Source: an uncultured Chloroflexia bacterium | GTDB taxonomy: Bacteria > Chloroflexota > Limnocylindria > Limnocylindrales > CSP1-4 | DNA length: 64,000 bases | Reading direction: 5' to 3' | Assembly: GCA_963741915.1 (NCBI GenBank) | Contig: CAVUJW010000013.1 | Location: forward strand, 651,791 to 715,790 | Shown: positions 43,873 to 53,685 of the stretch, piece by piece | Layout: each line of letters starts with the position of its first letter | Numbering within the stretch: the stretch's first letter is position 1 | Made by a program: the position numbers and the translations under genes | Notes under the pieces: model-generated | The model's database searches: none | What the model was told of the DNA's origin: nothing | The model's input: only the letters and a program-made list of their open reading frames with translations

Positions 43873-45033
43873 GTGAGGATCGCCCGGGTCGAGCTCCATC
43901 CCGTGCGGATCCGGCGCGAGACGGGCGTCGAGAATGAACACGTCATCGTGGCCATCGAGACCGACGAGGGGATCGTGGGCTGGGGCGAGATGAGCGATCT
44001 CTCGCACCTGCCGCTGTACCGGTTCGATCTCGCCCTGCTCCAGTCGGCGCTGTCCGAGATCCTGGTCGGGTCCGATCCCGGCGACCTGAACCGGATCGAG
44101 CGCCGGATGCTCGGCTTCTACCCCGACGAGGGGCACATGTACAGCCGCTCGGGGCTCGTCCGCCAGGGCGTCGACCTCGCGCTCCACGACTGCCTCGGAC
44201 GGGCGGACGGCGTGCCGGTCAGCGCCCTGCTGGGCGGTGCGCTGCGCGACCATGTCCCGGTCTGCTATCCGGTGTTCCGCCTGCGCTCGGCCGACCAGGT
44301 GCCGACAGCGCTCCAGCGCGTGGAGGACAAGCTCCGCGACGGCTTCGACGTCATCCGGTGCTACGTGGGCTCGAACCCGGACGCCGACGTGGCTTTCATC
44401 ACCGGGTTCGCTGACCGGCTCGCCGGCCGGGTGCGGATCAAGTCGCTCGACTTCTCGAACCTGCTCGGCTGGCGCGAGGCGCTCCGGGCGACCGAGCAGC
44501 TCACCGCCATCGCCGATGTCATGCTCGTCGAGAGCCCGGCGCTGCGGGGCGACCTCGAGGGCCTGGTGGAGTTCCGGCGGCGATCGCGTCTGCCGGTGTC
44601 GGAGCACGCCCACGGCCTGCGCCACGCATGGCAGCTGCTGCATCTCGGGGCGGTCGACATCCTGAACGTGTCGCCCTACGTCCTGGGCGGCATCCGTCCG
44701 ACCATCCGTGCATCGGCCATGGCGGAGGCGGCCGGAGCGAGCGTCCTGCTCGGCACGACGCAGGAGCTCGGTCTCGGAACCGCGGCCGTGGCCCATGTCG
44801 GGGCGGTGCTGCCCGCGCTGCCGTTCCCGGCCGACAACGTCGGGCCACGGCTGTACACCGCGGACGTGGCGACGCCCGCGGTCGAGTTCGCGGCGGGTCA
44901 GCTCGTCGTCCCGGCCGGACCCGGGCTCGGTCCGACGGTCGATCGGTCGCTGCTCGAGCGCCATCGATCGGACGGCAGGTGGGGCTTCGGGCTCGACCTC
45001 GCCGGCGCGGTCGATCGGACCCTGCCGCCGTGA
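43873..45033 (+). CDS. Enolase-superfamily enzyme (mandelate racemase / muconate lactonizing family; acid-sugar dehydratase-like)
   Basis: ORF 43873-45033 (GTG start). 386 aa. By-eye MR/MLE-like organisation (GWGEMSD, VESP, SEHAH blocks). Confidence 0.65.
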   Translation: MRIARVELHPVRIRRETGVENEHVIVAIETDEGIVGWGEMSDLSHLPLYRFDLALLQSALSEILVGSDPGDLNRIERRMLGFYPDEGHMYSRSGLVRQGVDLALHDCLGRADGVPVSALLGGALRDHVPVCYPVFRLRSADQVPTALQRVEDKLRDGFDVIRCYVGSNPDADVAFITGFADRLAGRVRIKSLDFSNLLGWREALRATEQLTAIADVMLVESPALRGDLEGLVEFRRRSRLPVSEHAHGLRHAWQLLHLGAVDILNVSPYVLGGIRPTIRASAMAEAAGASVLLGTTQELGLGTAAVAHVGAVLPALPFPADNVGPRLYTADVATPAVEFAAGQLVVPAGPGLGPTVDRSLLERHRSDGRWGFGLDLAGAVDRTLPP

Positions 45034-45082
45034 TGCCCCGATGGGGACCAATCCCGGCGCCCAGAGCAAGGAGGCACGAGCC

Positions 45083-45994
45083 ATGACCGTCAGCGACGCG
45101 GCCCGGACCGCGATCGAGCCGCACGACACTCCCGATCCGTCGACGACCCTGACACCGATGCAGGAGTACCTGTTCGACCTGAACGGCTACCTCGTCCTGC
45201 GGGGTGCGCTGAGCCCCGAGGACGTCGCGGACTGAACGCCACCTACGACGCGATCGCGGCGGCCGAGTCCATCGAGGGCAAGGGATGGTTCGGGCAGCGT
45301 GGCCGTGAACAACTCCGGCCGCCAGGAGGGAATGGTCTTCGAGCAGCTCTACGAGGCCGGGCCCGTCTGGGAGCGGCTGGTCGACCATCCGGCGTGGTCC
45401 GGAAGGTCGCGCACTTCATCGGCGTCGGATGATCCGGAGAACTTCGACAACCACCACGGGCTGCTGTTCATCGACGAGTGCTTCGGCACCATCCGGCGCC
45501 GGGGCGGGGCGCAGCGCATGCATTCGGGCGGCCACGTCGGGACGATCCGGACCCAGTACCGCTATCACGCGGGCAGGTTCCACTGCGGCCAGGTCAACAT
45601 CCTGATGGCGCTCACCGACATCGGGCCGGGCGACGGCGCGACGATGGTCGTGCCCGGCAGCCACAAGTCCAACATCCGGCACCCCCAGACCGTGCCGCTC
45701 GACAAGCGGGGCGAGGACGTCTCGATCGACGGCATCGGCGGGCGCGATCGAGTGCCATCTCGAACAAGGGCGATGCGCTGCTGTTCGTCGATGCCATCGC
45801 GCACGGCTCGGCGCGCCGCACCAATCCAGGGAGGGGAGCGCCGGGTCGCCGTCTACCGCTACGGCCCGAGCTGGGGCTACTTCCGCCTACCCTACCGGCC
45901 GAGCCCGGAACTGCTCGACCGGCTGACGCCGGAGCGTCGCGCGGTGGTCCAGCCCCACGACGAGGTCATCGCGCCGCCCATGCCGCCGCTCTGA
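45083..45994 (+). pseudogene. Phytanoyl-CoA dioxygenase (PhyH)-family oxygenase with about seven frame changes
   Basis: ATG 45083 after AAGGAGG. Sense segments alternate among the three frames: MTVSD..PEDVAD | LNATYDAIAAAESIEGKGWFG | SVAVNN..HPAW | VRKVAHFIGV | DDPENF..MVVPGSHKS..DGIGG | AIECHL | NKGDALLFVDAIAHGSARRTNPG | ERRVAVYRYGPSWG.. Confidence 0.65.
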
Positions 45995-46054
45995 CCCGGG
46001 CCACCGCTCTGACCCGCCGATGGGGCACGGGCAGCGGGGTCGCCGTTCCGAGGA

Positions 46055-46843
46055 TCACGCCGGACCGGCGGCGCTCTTCCCTGCGTCGATCGCGATCGTG
46101 GCGCCCGTGATCATCGACGCGCTGTCCGTGCACAGGAAGCGGATCAGCTCGGCGACCTCGCCGGGAGCGATCAGGCGACCCAGGGCCGCGGCCAGCGGGG
46201 CCCGCTGTCCGTAGGCGGCGAGGGCGGCGCCAGGATCCGCCGCCCGAGCCAGGTTGCGCTCCATGATCCCGGTGTCGGCCACTGGCCCGGGGCAGACGGC
46301 GTTCACCCGGATGCGGTCCCCCGCGTGCGCCAGCGCGAGCGAACGGGTCAGCATGAGGAGCCCCGCCTTGGACGTCGAGTACGCGGGTTCGTCGGCCCGG
46401 GCGACCAGCCCGGCGTTCGATGCGACGTTGACGATCACGCCGCCCCCGGTCGACCGCAGCCGCGGGATCGCCTGGCGCGCGACGAGGAACGGGCCCTTGA
46501 GGTTCGTGTCGAGGCACGCGTCCCAGTCCGCCTCCGACAGGTCCTCGACCCGGCCGACGGTGTCGATCCCCGCGTTGTTCACGACGATGTCGAGCCGGCC
46601 CGCCTCGTCGATCCGGGCGAACCCGTCGGCGACGGACTGCGCATCGGAAACGTCCATCGCGACCGCGCGGATGTCGAGGCCGAGCCGGGTCGCATCGGCC
46701 GCCACCCGGTCGCCACGGACCGTGTCGCGCACCGCGATGTAGACACCTGCCCCGGCAGCCGCGAGCGCCCGGGCGGTCGCCAGCCCGATGCCGGATGCGC
46801 CACCGGTGACGACCGCGATGCGGCCCGCCAGCTCCCCGCGCAC
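46055..46843 (-). CDS. Short-chain dehydrogenase/reductase (SDR)
   Basis: GTG 46843 in ORF 46055-47080. VVTGGASGIG, NNAG, YSTSK. Confidence 0.85.
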   Translation of the reverse strand: MRGELAGRIAVVTGGASGIGLATARALAAAGAGVYIAVRDTVRGDRVAADATRLGLDIRAVAMDVSDAQSVADGFARIDEAGRLDIVVNNAGIDTVGRVEDLSEADWDACLDTNLKGPFLVARQAIPRLRSTGGGVIVNVASNAGLVARADEPAYSTSKAGLLMLTRSLALAHAGDRIRVNAVCPGPVADTGIMERNLARAADPGAALAAYGQRAPLAAALGRLIAPGEVAELIRFLCTDSASMITGATIAIDAGKSAAGPA

Positions 46844-46847
46844 GCCG

Positions 46848-47795
46848 TCAGGGTCTCGGGTCGCTCGCGGACCCGCGCCGGGGCCAGGCGAGGCCGCCAC
46901 CGATCGCGGGCACCCAGACCGATGCCGTGGGATGCTGCCGGCGCATGGCACGGACGAACAGGTCCGGACGTCCCGTGTTCCCGCGAATTGCATCGAAGTG
47001 CATCGGGATCGCGAGCCGTACGCCGAGATCGCGGGCCACGCGTGCCGCTTCGTCCGGGGACAGGTTGCCGACGATCCCACGGCGTTCGCGTTCGGGACCG
47101 CGGCCGTTGATCGGCACCAGCGCGATGTCCGGGCGCAGCGGGGCCGCGGCGGCGACGATGCGCTCGTCCGCCAGCGTGTCGCCCGCGTGGTACACCCGCA
47201 CGCCGCCGATCTCGACGACGTAGCCCACGAACCGGGGCGGGCGAGGCGGGTGATCGCCCAGCGAGTAGCCGTCCTCCACGCGGACCGCGTGTCGAGCCGG
47301 CACCGGCGTGGCGCGCGCGCCGCCCAGCTGGATGGGCGATCCGACGCGGGCAGCGGCCACCCGGTCGGCCGGGATCCCGGCCGCGGTCACGAGCGGGACC
47401 AGGGGCTCGGGCACGACGAACCTGGCGCTCGGTGACGTTCCGGCGATGACGGCCCACGCCGGGAGATCGAGGTGGTCCTCGTGCTCGTGGGTGGCGAGCA
47501 CGGCCGTCACGCCGTCCATCTCAGCGGCGTCGACTGCCGCCTCGGCCAGCCGGTCCGGCCGAGGCGAGAGGAACGGATCGATCAGCAGCAGCTCGTCCCG
47601 GAAGCCGAGGGCGAAGCCGGCCTGTCCGAGCGCGACGATCCACACGGCGTCCGGCGCTGGACGCCAGGCCGCGACCCGCGCTGCGGCGGGGGCGACAGCC
47701 GTCATGCCGGCCTGCCTTTCGTCCAGCCGGCCCCCGGGCGAGGGCAGGGGCCCACGCGCTGCGCCGGCGGGCGGTCGCCGCGGCCCGGCGTTCAC
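46848..47795 (-). CDS. MBL-fold metallo-hydrolase (UlaG/lactonase-like)
   Basis: ORF 46848-47795 (GTG overlapping the upstream TGA; ATG 47705 is an alternative). LATHEHEDHLD. Confidence 0.75.
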   Translation of the reverse strand: MNAGPRRPPAGAARGPLPSPGGRLDERQAGMTAVAPAAARVAAWRPAPDAVWIVALGQAGFALGFRDELLLIDPFLSPRPDRLAEAAVDAAEMDGVTAVLATHEHEDHLDLPAWAVIAGTSPSARFVVPEPLVPLVTAAGIPADRVAAARVGSPIQLGGARATPVPARHAVRVEDGYSLGDHPPRPPRFVGYVVEIGGVRVYHAGDTLADERIVAAAAPLRPDIALVPINGRGPERERRGIVGNLSPDEAARVARDLGVRLAIPMHFDAIRGNTGRPDLFVRAMRRQHPTASVWVPAIGGGLAWPRRGSASDPRP

Positions 47796-48547
47796 GATGG
47801 TGTCGTCGGCGCAGGCTGCGTCGGCCCTGCCGCCTCCTCGACGTGGCGAAGGGTGTCCGCGAGCGCCTGCCGGAGGTGGGCCGTCATCGCGTCGGACGCG
47901 GTGCGGCCGTCGCGGGCGACGATGGCGTCCACGATCCGACGGTGCTCGCCCTGCCGGTGCGGCTGGCTGCGGTAGAGGCGCGGGAAGACCGCGCGGGCGA
48001 TGAGGACGTGCGTCCGGAGCCCGTCGTACAGGGTGCTGAGCCGCCGGTTGTGGGCCGCGCGAACGATCGCCCCGTGCAGGTCGGCGTCGATCGCGATCTC
48101 CTGGAGGTACGCCTCGAGGTTGGCGGCCAGGCTCACCCCGTCGGCAGGCCCGGACTCGAGCCGCTCGGCCAGGGCCTGGATGCGCGCGATGTCCTCGGGG
48201 CCGGCACGGGAGGCGGCCGCCTCCGCCGCCTGCGGCTCGAGCATGAGCCGGATCTCGTAGAGCTCCTCGATGTCCCGGATCGATACGGGCGACACGACGG
48301 TCCCGCGGCGGGGCATGACCGTCACCAGGCCCTCTGCGGCCATCTGGTTCACGGCATCCCGAACCGGGGTGATGCTGACGCCCATCGTGGCCGCGATGAC
48401 GGGAGGAGAGATCCGCTCGCCGGGTTCCAGCTCGCGACGGAGGATCCGGCGGAGCAGGCGGTCGTGGATCTGCTGCTGGAGCGATCGCAGCTCGAGATCG
48501 GTGTCATCGTTGGTGCTCACACCGGGGAGTGTAGTTGGCTGATGCAT
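47792..48547 (-). CDS. GntR-family regulator, FadR subfamily (FCD domain)
   Basis: ATG 48547 in ORF 47792-48748. VIAATMGVSITPVRDAVNQMAAEGLV winged HTH. Confidence 0.8.
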   Translation of the reverse strand: MHQPTTLPGVSTNDDTDLELRSLQQQIHDRLLRRILRRELEPGERISPPVIAATMGVSITPVRDAVNQMAAEGLVTVMPRRGTVVSPVSIRDIEELYEIRLMLEPQAAEAAASRAGPEDIARIQALAERLESGPADGVSLAANLEAYLQEIAIDADLHGAIVRAAHNRRLSTLYDGLRTHVLIARAVFPRLYRSQPHRQGEHRRIVDAIVARDGRTASDAMTAHLRQALADTLRHVEEAAGPTQPAPTTPS

Positions 48548-48602
48548 CAGATGGCACGAGTCGGCGGTCGTCAGGGACGGACGGCGTCGGCCGCACGTCG
48601 CG

Positions 48603-48631
48603 ATTGAACCAACGATGAACCCTACGGACAA
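48603..48631 (-). promoter_or_regulatory. GGTTCA-repeat promoter module, copy upstream of the FadR-type GntR gene
   Basis: Reverse strand reads TTGTCC-gtag-GGTTCA-tcgtt-GGTTCAAT. About 56 nt upstream of ATG 48547. Confidence 0.5.
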
Positions 48632-48771
48632 GCCCACGAGGGGCTGGCTTCGAGCCGTCCAGCACCCGGTGCGATGGTCACCCCGTGCCCGCTGCGTCCC
48701 CCGGGGCGGGATCAGTCTCCGTCCGCGCTGTCGCCCTGGGTGCGACATCGCGGTTGGTTCAGTTTTGGTTG

Positions 48772-48801
48772 TTGACTGGTAAGGTTCAGATTTGGTTCAA
48801 T
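48772..48801 (+). promoter_or_regulatory. GGTTCA-repeat promoter module, copy upstream of the sugar-binding protein gene (a degenerate extra copy sits at 48753-48775)
   Basis: TTGACT-ggtaa-GGTTCA-gattt-GGTTCAAT, preceded by GGTTGGTTCAGTTTTGGTTGTTG. Confidence 0.55.
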
Positions 48802-48896
48802 CGCTGCGGCCGGACGGACTCCGCTCGGATGGACGGACGTCTCCGGGCATGGAGCTCAGCGCGGAGGACGATCGTGACGCCTGGAGGAGAGCAGGG

Positions 48897-50240
48897 ATGA
48901 GATCGAGACTCGTGGCATCTGCCATGGCGAGCGCGATGCTGGCGGCCGCCTGCGGGAGCGCCAGCCCGACGTCGCCACCCGCGAGCGTCGCTCCCGGGGC
49001 GTCGCCCGCCGCCACCTCGGCTCCGGCCGAGACCGTCACCCTGACGCTCCGCTACTGCTGGGGCGGTGAGGGCGAGGTCGCGGCGATGGAGAAGGTGATC
49101 CAGGCCTGGAACCAGGCGAACCCGGCGATCCAGGTGAAGGGCATCAGCGGCAACATCCAGACCGAGGAGGTCGCCGCGGCGGTGGCCGGTGGCGCGCCGC
49201 CGGACATGGTCATCATGTGCGACAACAGCGCCGTCGCCGGCTTCGCGCACGACAACGTGATCATGCCCCTGGACGACCTGCTGACCAAGATCAGCGCGGA
49301 CAAGAGCGACATCATCCCGGCGTCGCTCAAGTGGGTGACCTACCAGGGCAAGCTCTACGGCCTGCCGTTCGGCCAGGACACCTGGGGGCTCTACTACAAC
49401 ACCGATGCGTTCACCGAGGTCGGCCTGGACCCAGCCAAGCCACCCACGACACCCGACGAGCTCTGGGACTACGCCGCGAAGCTCACCAAGTGGACCCCGG
49501 ATGGCAAGCTCGCGCGCGCCGGGTTCATCCCGACCGACCCCGACTCCAACATCGAGATGACCTCGAACCTGTTCAACTGCCAGTTCTACGACGACGCCAC
49601 CCAGAAGATCACGGTCAACAGCCCCGAGTGCGTGGCGTGGTTCAACTGGTACAAGCGCTGGTTCGACACCTACAACAAGAACAACGCGATGGTCGATCTC
49701 GTCGCCACCCGGACGGGCGGTGACGCGGGTCTGCTCAACACCGGGCAGCAGGCGATGGGGATCTACGGCGAGTGGGAGAACGGCGCTGCCTACATCCCGA
49801 AGAACGCCCCGGACCTGCACTACGAGACGGCGCCGATCCCGGCGATCAGCCCGGACAAGTACGGCGCTGCGTTCATCAACGGCAATGCGTTCCTGATCCC
49901 CACGGGCTCATCCAACCCCGAGGCGGCGGCCAAGTTCGGGATGTACCTCATGACGGACGATCCGTCCCGGACGATGGACATCCAGAACGCGAGCGTGCCG
50001 CAGCTCAAGTCGCTGCTCACGGATCCGACCCTGACGGCCATCCCGCACGAGCAGACGTTCCTGGACCTCGTCAACCACAAGGACTCCTGGGTGACGCCCA
50101 TGATCTCGGTCTACAGCGAGCTGAAGGACGGCCTCGTCAGCGCCCTCAGCGCGGTGACGACCGGTGGCGCCGACCCGCAATCGGCGCTCAACGACGTGGC
50201 CAGCCAGGTCCAGGCCAAGCTCGACGCGAACGGGCCGTAG
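48897..50240 (+). CDS. CUT1 ABC sugar-binding lipoprotein
   Basis: ATG 48897 after GGAGGAG in ORF 48792-50240. Signal peptide with lipobox MLAAAC. Confidence 0.9.
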   Translation: MRSRLVASAMASAMLAAACGSASPTSPPASVAPGASPAATSAPAETVTLTLRYCWGGEGEVAAMEKVIQAWNQANPAIQVKGISGNIQTEEVAAAVAGGAPPDMVIMCDNSAVAGFAHDNVIMPLDDLLTKISADKSDIIPASLKWVTYQGKLYGLPFGQDTWGLYYNTDAFTEVGLDPAKPPTTPDELWDYAAKLTKWTPDGKLARAGFIPTDPDSNIEMTSNLFNCQFYDDATQKITVNSPECVAWFNWYKRWFDTYNKNNAMVDLVATRTGGDAGLLNTGQQAMGIYGEWENGAAYIPKNAPDLHYETAPIPAISPDKYGAAFINGNAFLIPTGSSNPEAAAKFGMYLMTDDPSRTMDIQNASVPQLKSLLTDPTLTAIPHEQTFLDLVNHKDSWVTPMISVYSELKDGLVSALSAVTTGGADPQSALNDVASQVQAKLDANGP

Positions 50241-50322
50241 CACCCGCGAGCCTCCTCCAGGAACCGATCCGCCGCTCCGTCCACCGGGCGGGGCGGCGGA
50301 TTCTTCTCGAGACGGCCGTCCC

Positions 50323-51663
50323 GTGAACGCCCGACGCCCGGTCGGATCGGAACCGTGGGAGCGCCCGGCCCCCGCCGATCGCTGCGCCCGGAGCGAAGCG
50401 ATCGAACGACGGATCCAGGCCGCCGCGGCCCGGATCGCCGATCCAGGCCTCCGACGGCTGTTCCAGGCGACCCTGCCCAACACGCTCGACACCACGATCG
50501 TGGCCGGTGGCACGGACCGGCGACCCGACACGTTCGTCCTGACCGGCGACATCGAGGCGATGTGGCTCCGGGACTCGAGCGCCCAGGTGTGGCCCTACCT
50601 CGCCTCGATCGCGGAGGATCCCGCCCTCGATCGCCTGATCCGCGGCGTGATCCACCGCCAGACCGACCAGGTCCTGCTCGACCCATACGCGAATGCCTTC
50701 CTGGCCGACGACCGGCCGAGCGGGTGGGCCGCTGACGAGGCCGAGATGCGACCGGGCGTCCACGAGCGCAAGTGGGAGCCGGATTCGCTCGCGGCGTTCA
50801 TGCGCCTGTCCACCGGCTACTGGCACGCGAGCCGGTCCTTGCGGCCGTTCGATCCCGCCTGGCGCCGGGCGCTTCTGCTGTGCGTGCAGACCGTCCGCGC
50901 GGAGCAGCGGCTGGACGCCGGCAGCAGCTACCGGTTTCGCCGTCCGGAGGGCGACCCGACCGACGAGGTCCCCAGGGGCGGGCTCGGCGCGCCGACCCGG
51001 CCCGACGGCATGGTCCACGGCGCGTTCCGGCCGTCGGATGACGCGTCGGCGCTGCCGCTGAACGTGCCGGTCAACCTGGCGCTCGCGGCAGCGCTGGACG
51101 CCGTCGCCCCGCTGGCGGCCGCGGCCGGCGAGCCGGGCGCCTCGGACGATGCGCGCGCGCTCGCGGCCGAGATCCGCGCCGGCGTCGAGAGCGACGGCAC
51201 CGCCCAGGTCGGCTCGGACACGATCTGGGCGTACGAGATCGACGGCCTCGGCGGCCGCCTGCTGATGGACGACGCGAACGTGCCGAGCCTCCTGTCGCTG
51301 CCCTATCTGGGCGCCTGCGACCCGGCGGACCCGACCTACCTCGCTACCCGACGCTGGCTGCTTTCGGCGGCCAACCCGTGGTGGTTCCGGGGGCATGCCG
51401 GCGACGGCGTCGGCTCGCCCCATACCGGTCCGCGGCGCGCCTGGCCGATCGCGATCGCGATGCGCGGCCTCACCGCGAGCAGCGATGCCGAGCGCATCGC
51501 GGCGATCCGGGTGCTCGGCGCGACCCACGCCGGCACGTTCCTGGCCCACGAGTCGTTCGACGTGGACGACCCCCGGCAGTTCACGCGGCCGTGGTTCGCG
51601 TGGGCGAACTCGCTGGTCGGCGAGCTGCTGGAGCGGGCGGCTCTGGCCGGGCTGCTGGCCTGA
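50323..51663 (+). CDS. GH125-like (DUF1237) exo-alpha-1,6-mannosidase family protein
   Basis: Frame of ORF 50164-51663; GTG 50323 is tentative. The LTGDIEAMWLRDSSAQ block is as I recall it for GH125. Confidence 0.7.
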   Translation: MNARRPVGSEPWERPAPADRCARSEAIERRIQAAAARIADPGLRRLFQATLPNTLDTTIVAGGTDRRPDTFVLTGDIEAMWLRDSSAQVWPYLASIAEDPALDRLIRGVIHRQTDQVLLDPYANAFLADDRPSGWAADEAEMRPGVHERKWEPDSLAAFMRLSTGYWHASRSLRPFDPAWRRALLLCVQTVRAEQRLDAGSSYRFRRPEGDPTDEVPRGGLGAPTRPDGMVHGAFRPSDDASALPLNVPVNLALAAALDAVAPLAAAAGEPGASDDARALAAEIRAGVESDGTAQVGSDTIWAYEIDGLGGRLLMDDANVPSLLSLPYLGACDPADPTYLATRRWLLSAANPWWFRGHAGDGVGSPHTGPRRAWPIAIAMRGLTASSDAERIAAIRVLGATHAGTFLAHESFDVDDPRQFTRPWFAWANSLVGELLERAALAGLLA

Positions 51664-51669
51664 GTCGGG

Positions 51670-52470
51670 TCAGCCGACCCGCTTCAGCTTGCCCGTGCGC
51701 TTGGCGTGCAGCTCGGCGCGCCCGAAGGCCCACAGCGCGAACGGGACCAGGGTGACGCCCAGCACGATGAGCGGCCACACGTCGCGCCCGAGCTGGGCCG
51801 GCCCGGTGCCCTCGAGGAGGGCGGCCCGCACGCCGTCCAGGACGTACGTCGCGGGCGACAGGTGCGCGAGCACCTGCATCCAGCCCGGCAGGATGTCGAT
51901 CGGGTAGTAGACACCGCTGACGAGGAGCAGGCCCGACTGGACGACGAACGTCATCTGGGCGCCGCGTTCCACGTATAGCAGCGGCAGGATGGCGGCGAGG
52001 ATCCCGATGCCCACGAAGCTGAACGAGCCGAGGACCATGAACGCCGCCGCGGTGGTCGCGTTCGCCCGCGACAGGTCGACCTCGCGGAAGAACAGCACGA
52101 GGACGACCAGGATCACGGCGGTGTGGATCAGGCCGTAGACCATCGCGTACGCGACCTGGCCGACGAGTCGGGCCGACCGCCGGATGGGCGCCATCATCGT
52201 GTACTCGAGGGTGCCCTCCCAGCGCTCGACCGCGATCGTCTCGGCGATCCATCCGAACACGACCGAGAGGTAGTTCCAGAAGATGGCCCCGATCATGAGC
52301 GACAGCACGAGCCGGCTGCTCCCCTGGTCGACGCCGATGAGCGAGATCGATAGGGCGCTCGTGACCGAGTAGACGAGGAACGCGACCTCCCAGGGCCAGG
52401 TCCGTCGCGTCAGGTAGAAGTTGCGTTCGGCGAAGGCGTAGGATGCCCGCAGCTCGTCCCGGATGGTCAC
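51670..52470 (-). CDS. ABC-2-type transporter permease
   Basis: GTG 52470 (GTGA overlap) in ORF 51670-52650. About six hydrophobic helices. Confidence 0.75.
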   Translation of the reverse strand: MTIRDELRASYAFAERNFYLTRRTWPWEVAFLVYSVTSALSISLIGVDQGSSRLVLSLMIGAIFWNYLSVVFGWIAETIAVERWEGTLEYTMMAPIRRSARLVGQVAYAMVYGLIHTAVILVVLVLFFREVDLSRANATTAAAFMVLGSFSFVGIGILAAILPLLYVERGAQMTFVVQSGLLLVSGVYYPIDILPGWMQVLAHLSPATYVLDGVRAALLEGTGPAQLGRDVWPLIVLGVTLVPFALWAFGRAELHAKRTGKLKRVG

Positions 52471-53339
52471 GAGACAGCCTCCCCGTCGTCCTCGGAAACG
52501 TCGTCGTCGAGGGACCGGCCGGTGTGGGCCATGAACACGTCCCAGAGGGTTGCCTCGCGCCCCATCCGCTGCGATGCGGTCGCGATCAGGCCCTCGGGCG
52601 TGTCGCGGGTGACTACGCGCCCGCCGTCGATGATCGTGATGGCGTCGCACAGGCGCTCCGCCTCGGCGAGGTCATGCGTGGTCAGCACGATCGTGGTGTC
52701 GTGCGTGTCGCGGACCTCCTCCACGAACTCCTGGACATCGAGCCTCGAGCGGGGATCGAGCCCGGTCGTCGGCTCGTCGAGCAGGAGGAGGGTCGGGCTG
52801 GTCAGGAGCGCCCTGGCGATGGCGACCTTCTGCTGCATCCCCCGGCTCATCTGTTCGATCGGGCGGTCGATCCGGTCGCGGCCGATGTGAAGGCGCTCGA
52901 GGATCTCGTAGACGGATGTCCTGGCGGCCCGCACGTCGAGGCCGTACACCCGCGCGGCGAAGGCGAGGTTCTCCATCGGGCTGAGCTTCCGAAAGAAGGC
53001 GGCGTCGACGCTGACGCGGTTGATCAGGCGCTTGACGGCCAGCTCATCGCGCACCAGATCGTGACCGAACACCTCGACCCGTCCCGCGTCCAGCGTCAGG
53101 AGCCCGGCGATGAGCCGGATGAGGGTGGACTTGCCCGACCCGTTGGCCCCGAGCACGCCGTGGATGACCCCACGCTCGAGGCGCATCGACACGTCCGTGA
53201 CCGCGTCGACCGGTGGCCTGCGACGCCCGACCGGAAACGTCTTGCTGGCGTGCTCGACGAGCAACGCTGGAGGACGCACGGCGGCCGGCGAGGCGTCCTG
53301 TGGGACGGGGGATGGGTGGGCGATCGAGGGCGGGATCAC
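52467..53339 (-). CDS. ABC transporter ATP-binding protein
   Basis: ORF 52467-53339. GANGSGKST, MSRGMQQK, LLLLDEPTTGLD. Confidence 0.85.
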   Translation of the reverse strand: MIPPSIAHPSPVPQDASPAAVRPPALLVEHASKTFPVGRRRPPVDAVTDVSMRLERGVIHGVLGANGSGKSTLIRLIAGLLTLDAGRVEVFGHDLVRDELAVKRLINRVSVDAAFFRKLSPMENLAFAARVYGLDVRAARTSVYEILERLHIGRDRIDRPIEQMSRGMQQKVAIARALLTSPTLLLLDEPTTGLDPRSRLDVQEFVEEVRDTHDTTIVLTTHDLAEAERLCDAITIIDGGRVVTRDTPEGLIATASQRMGREATLWDVFMAHTGRSLDDDVSEDDGEAVS

Positions 53340-53685
53340 GGCCGGCCTCCTGGGGCGCGAGCAGCATCAGCAGGGAGTCAACGCCCGGACGGTTCGTCCG
53401 GGGCAGCGACGGCTCGAGAACGAACGAGCCGCGGGCATTGGCCCACGGCTCCCAGCGCTGCTGCACGGCGGCGGTGCCGCCACCGGATCACCGCGAGACG
53501 AGCACCGCTCGCGACTGGGTCCCAGCGCTCCCGTGGGCCTGCGCGTATCGAGCTGCGATCTCCATACGATGGCCTCAGGTAGCGGCTTCCGACTGGTGGT
53601 CCATCATTGGTTCAGATGGCCGCCGGACGCCGATTGTAGGGGCCTCCGGGGTGGGCGTCAAAAGTGCCGATTCCGGGCGATTCCC

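Noticed and set aside
48506-48596. Leaderless 30-codon ORF starting at GTG 48596, 6 nt after the -10 of module copy 48603-48631
   Set aside because: It is out of frame with the GntR gene and overlaps it. The peptide has no recognisable features. A GTG at that position could be chance in GC-rich DNA. Noted but not called.
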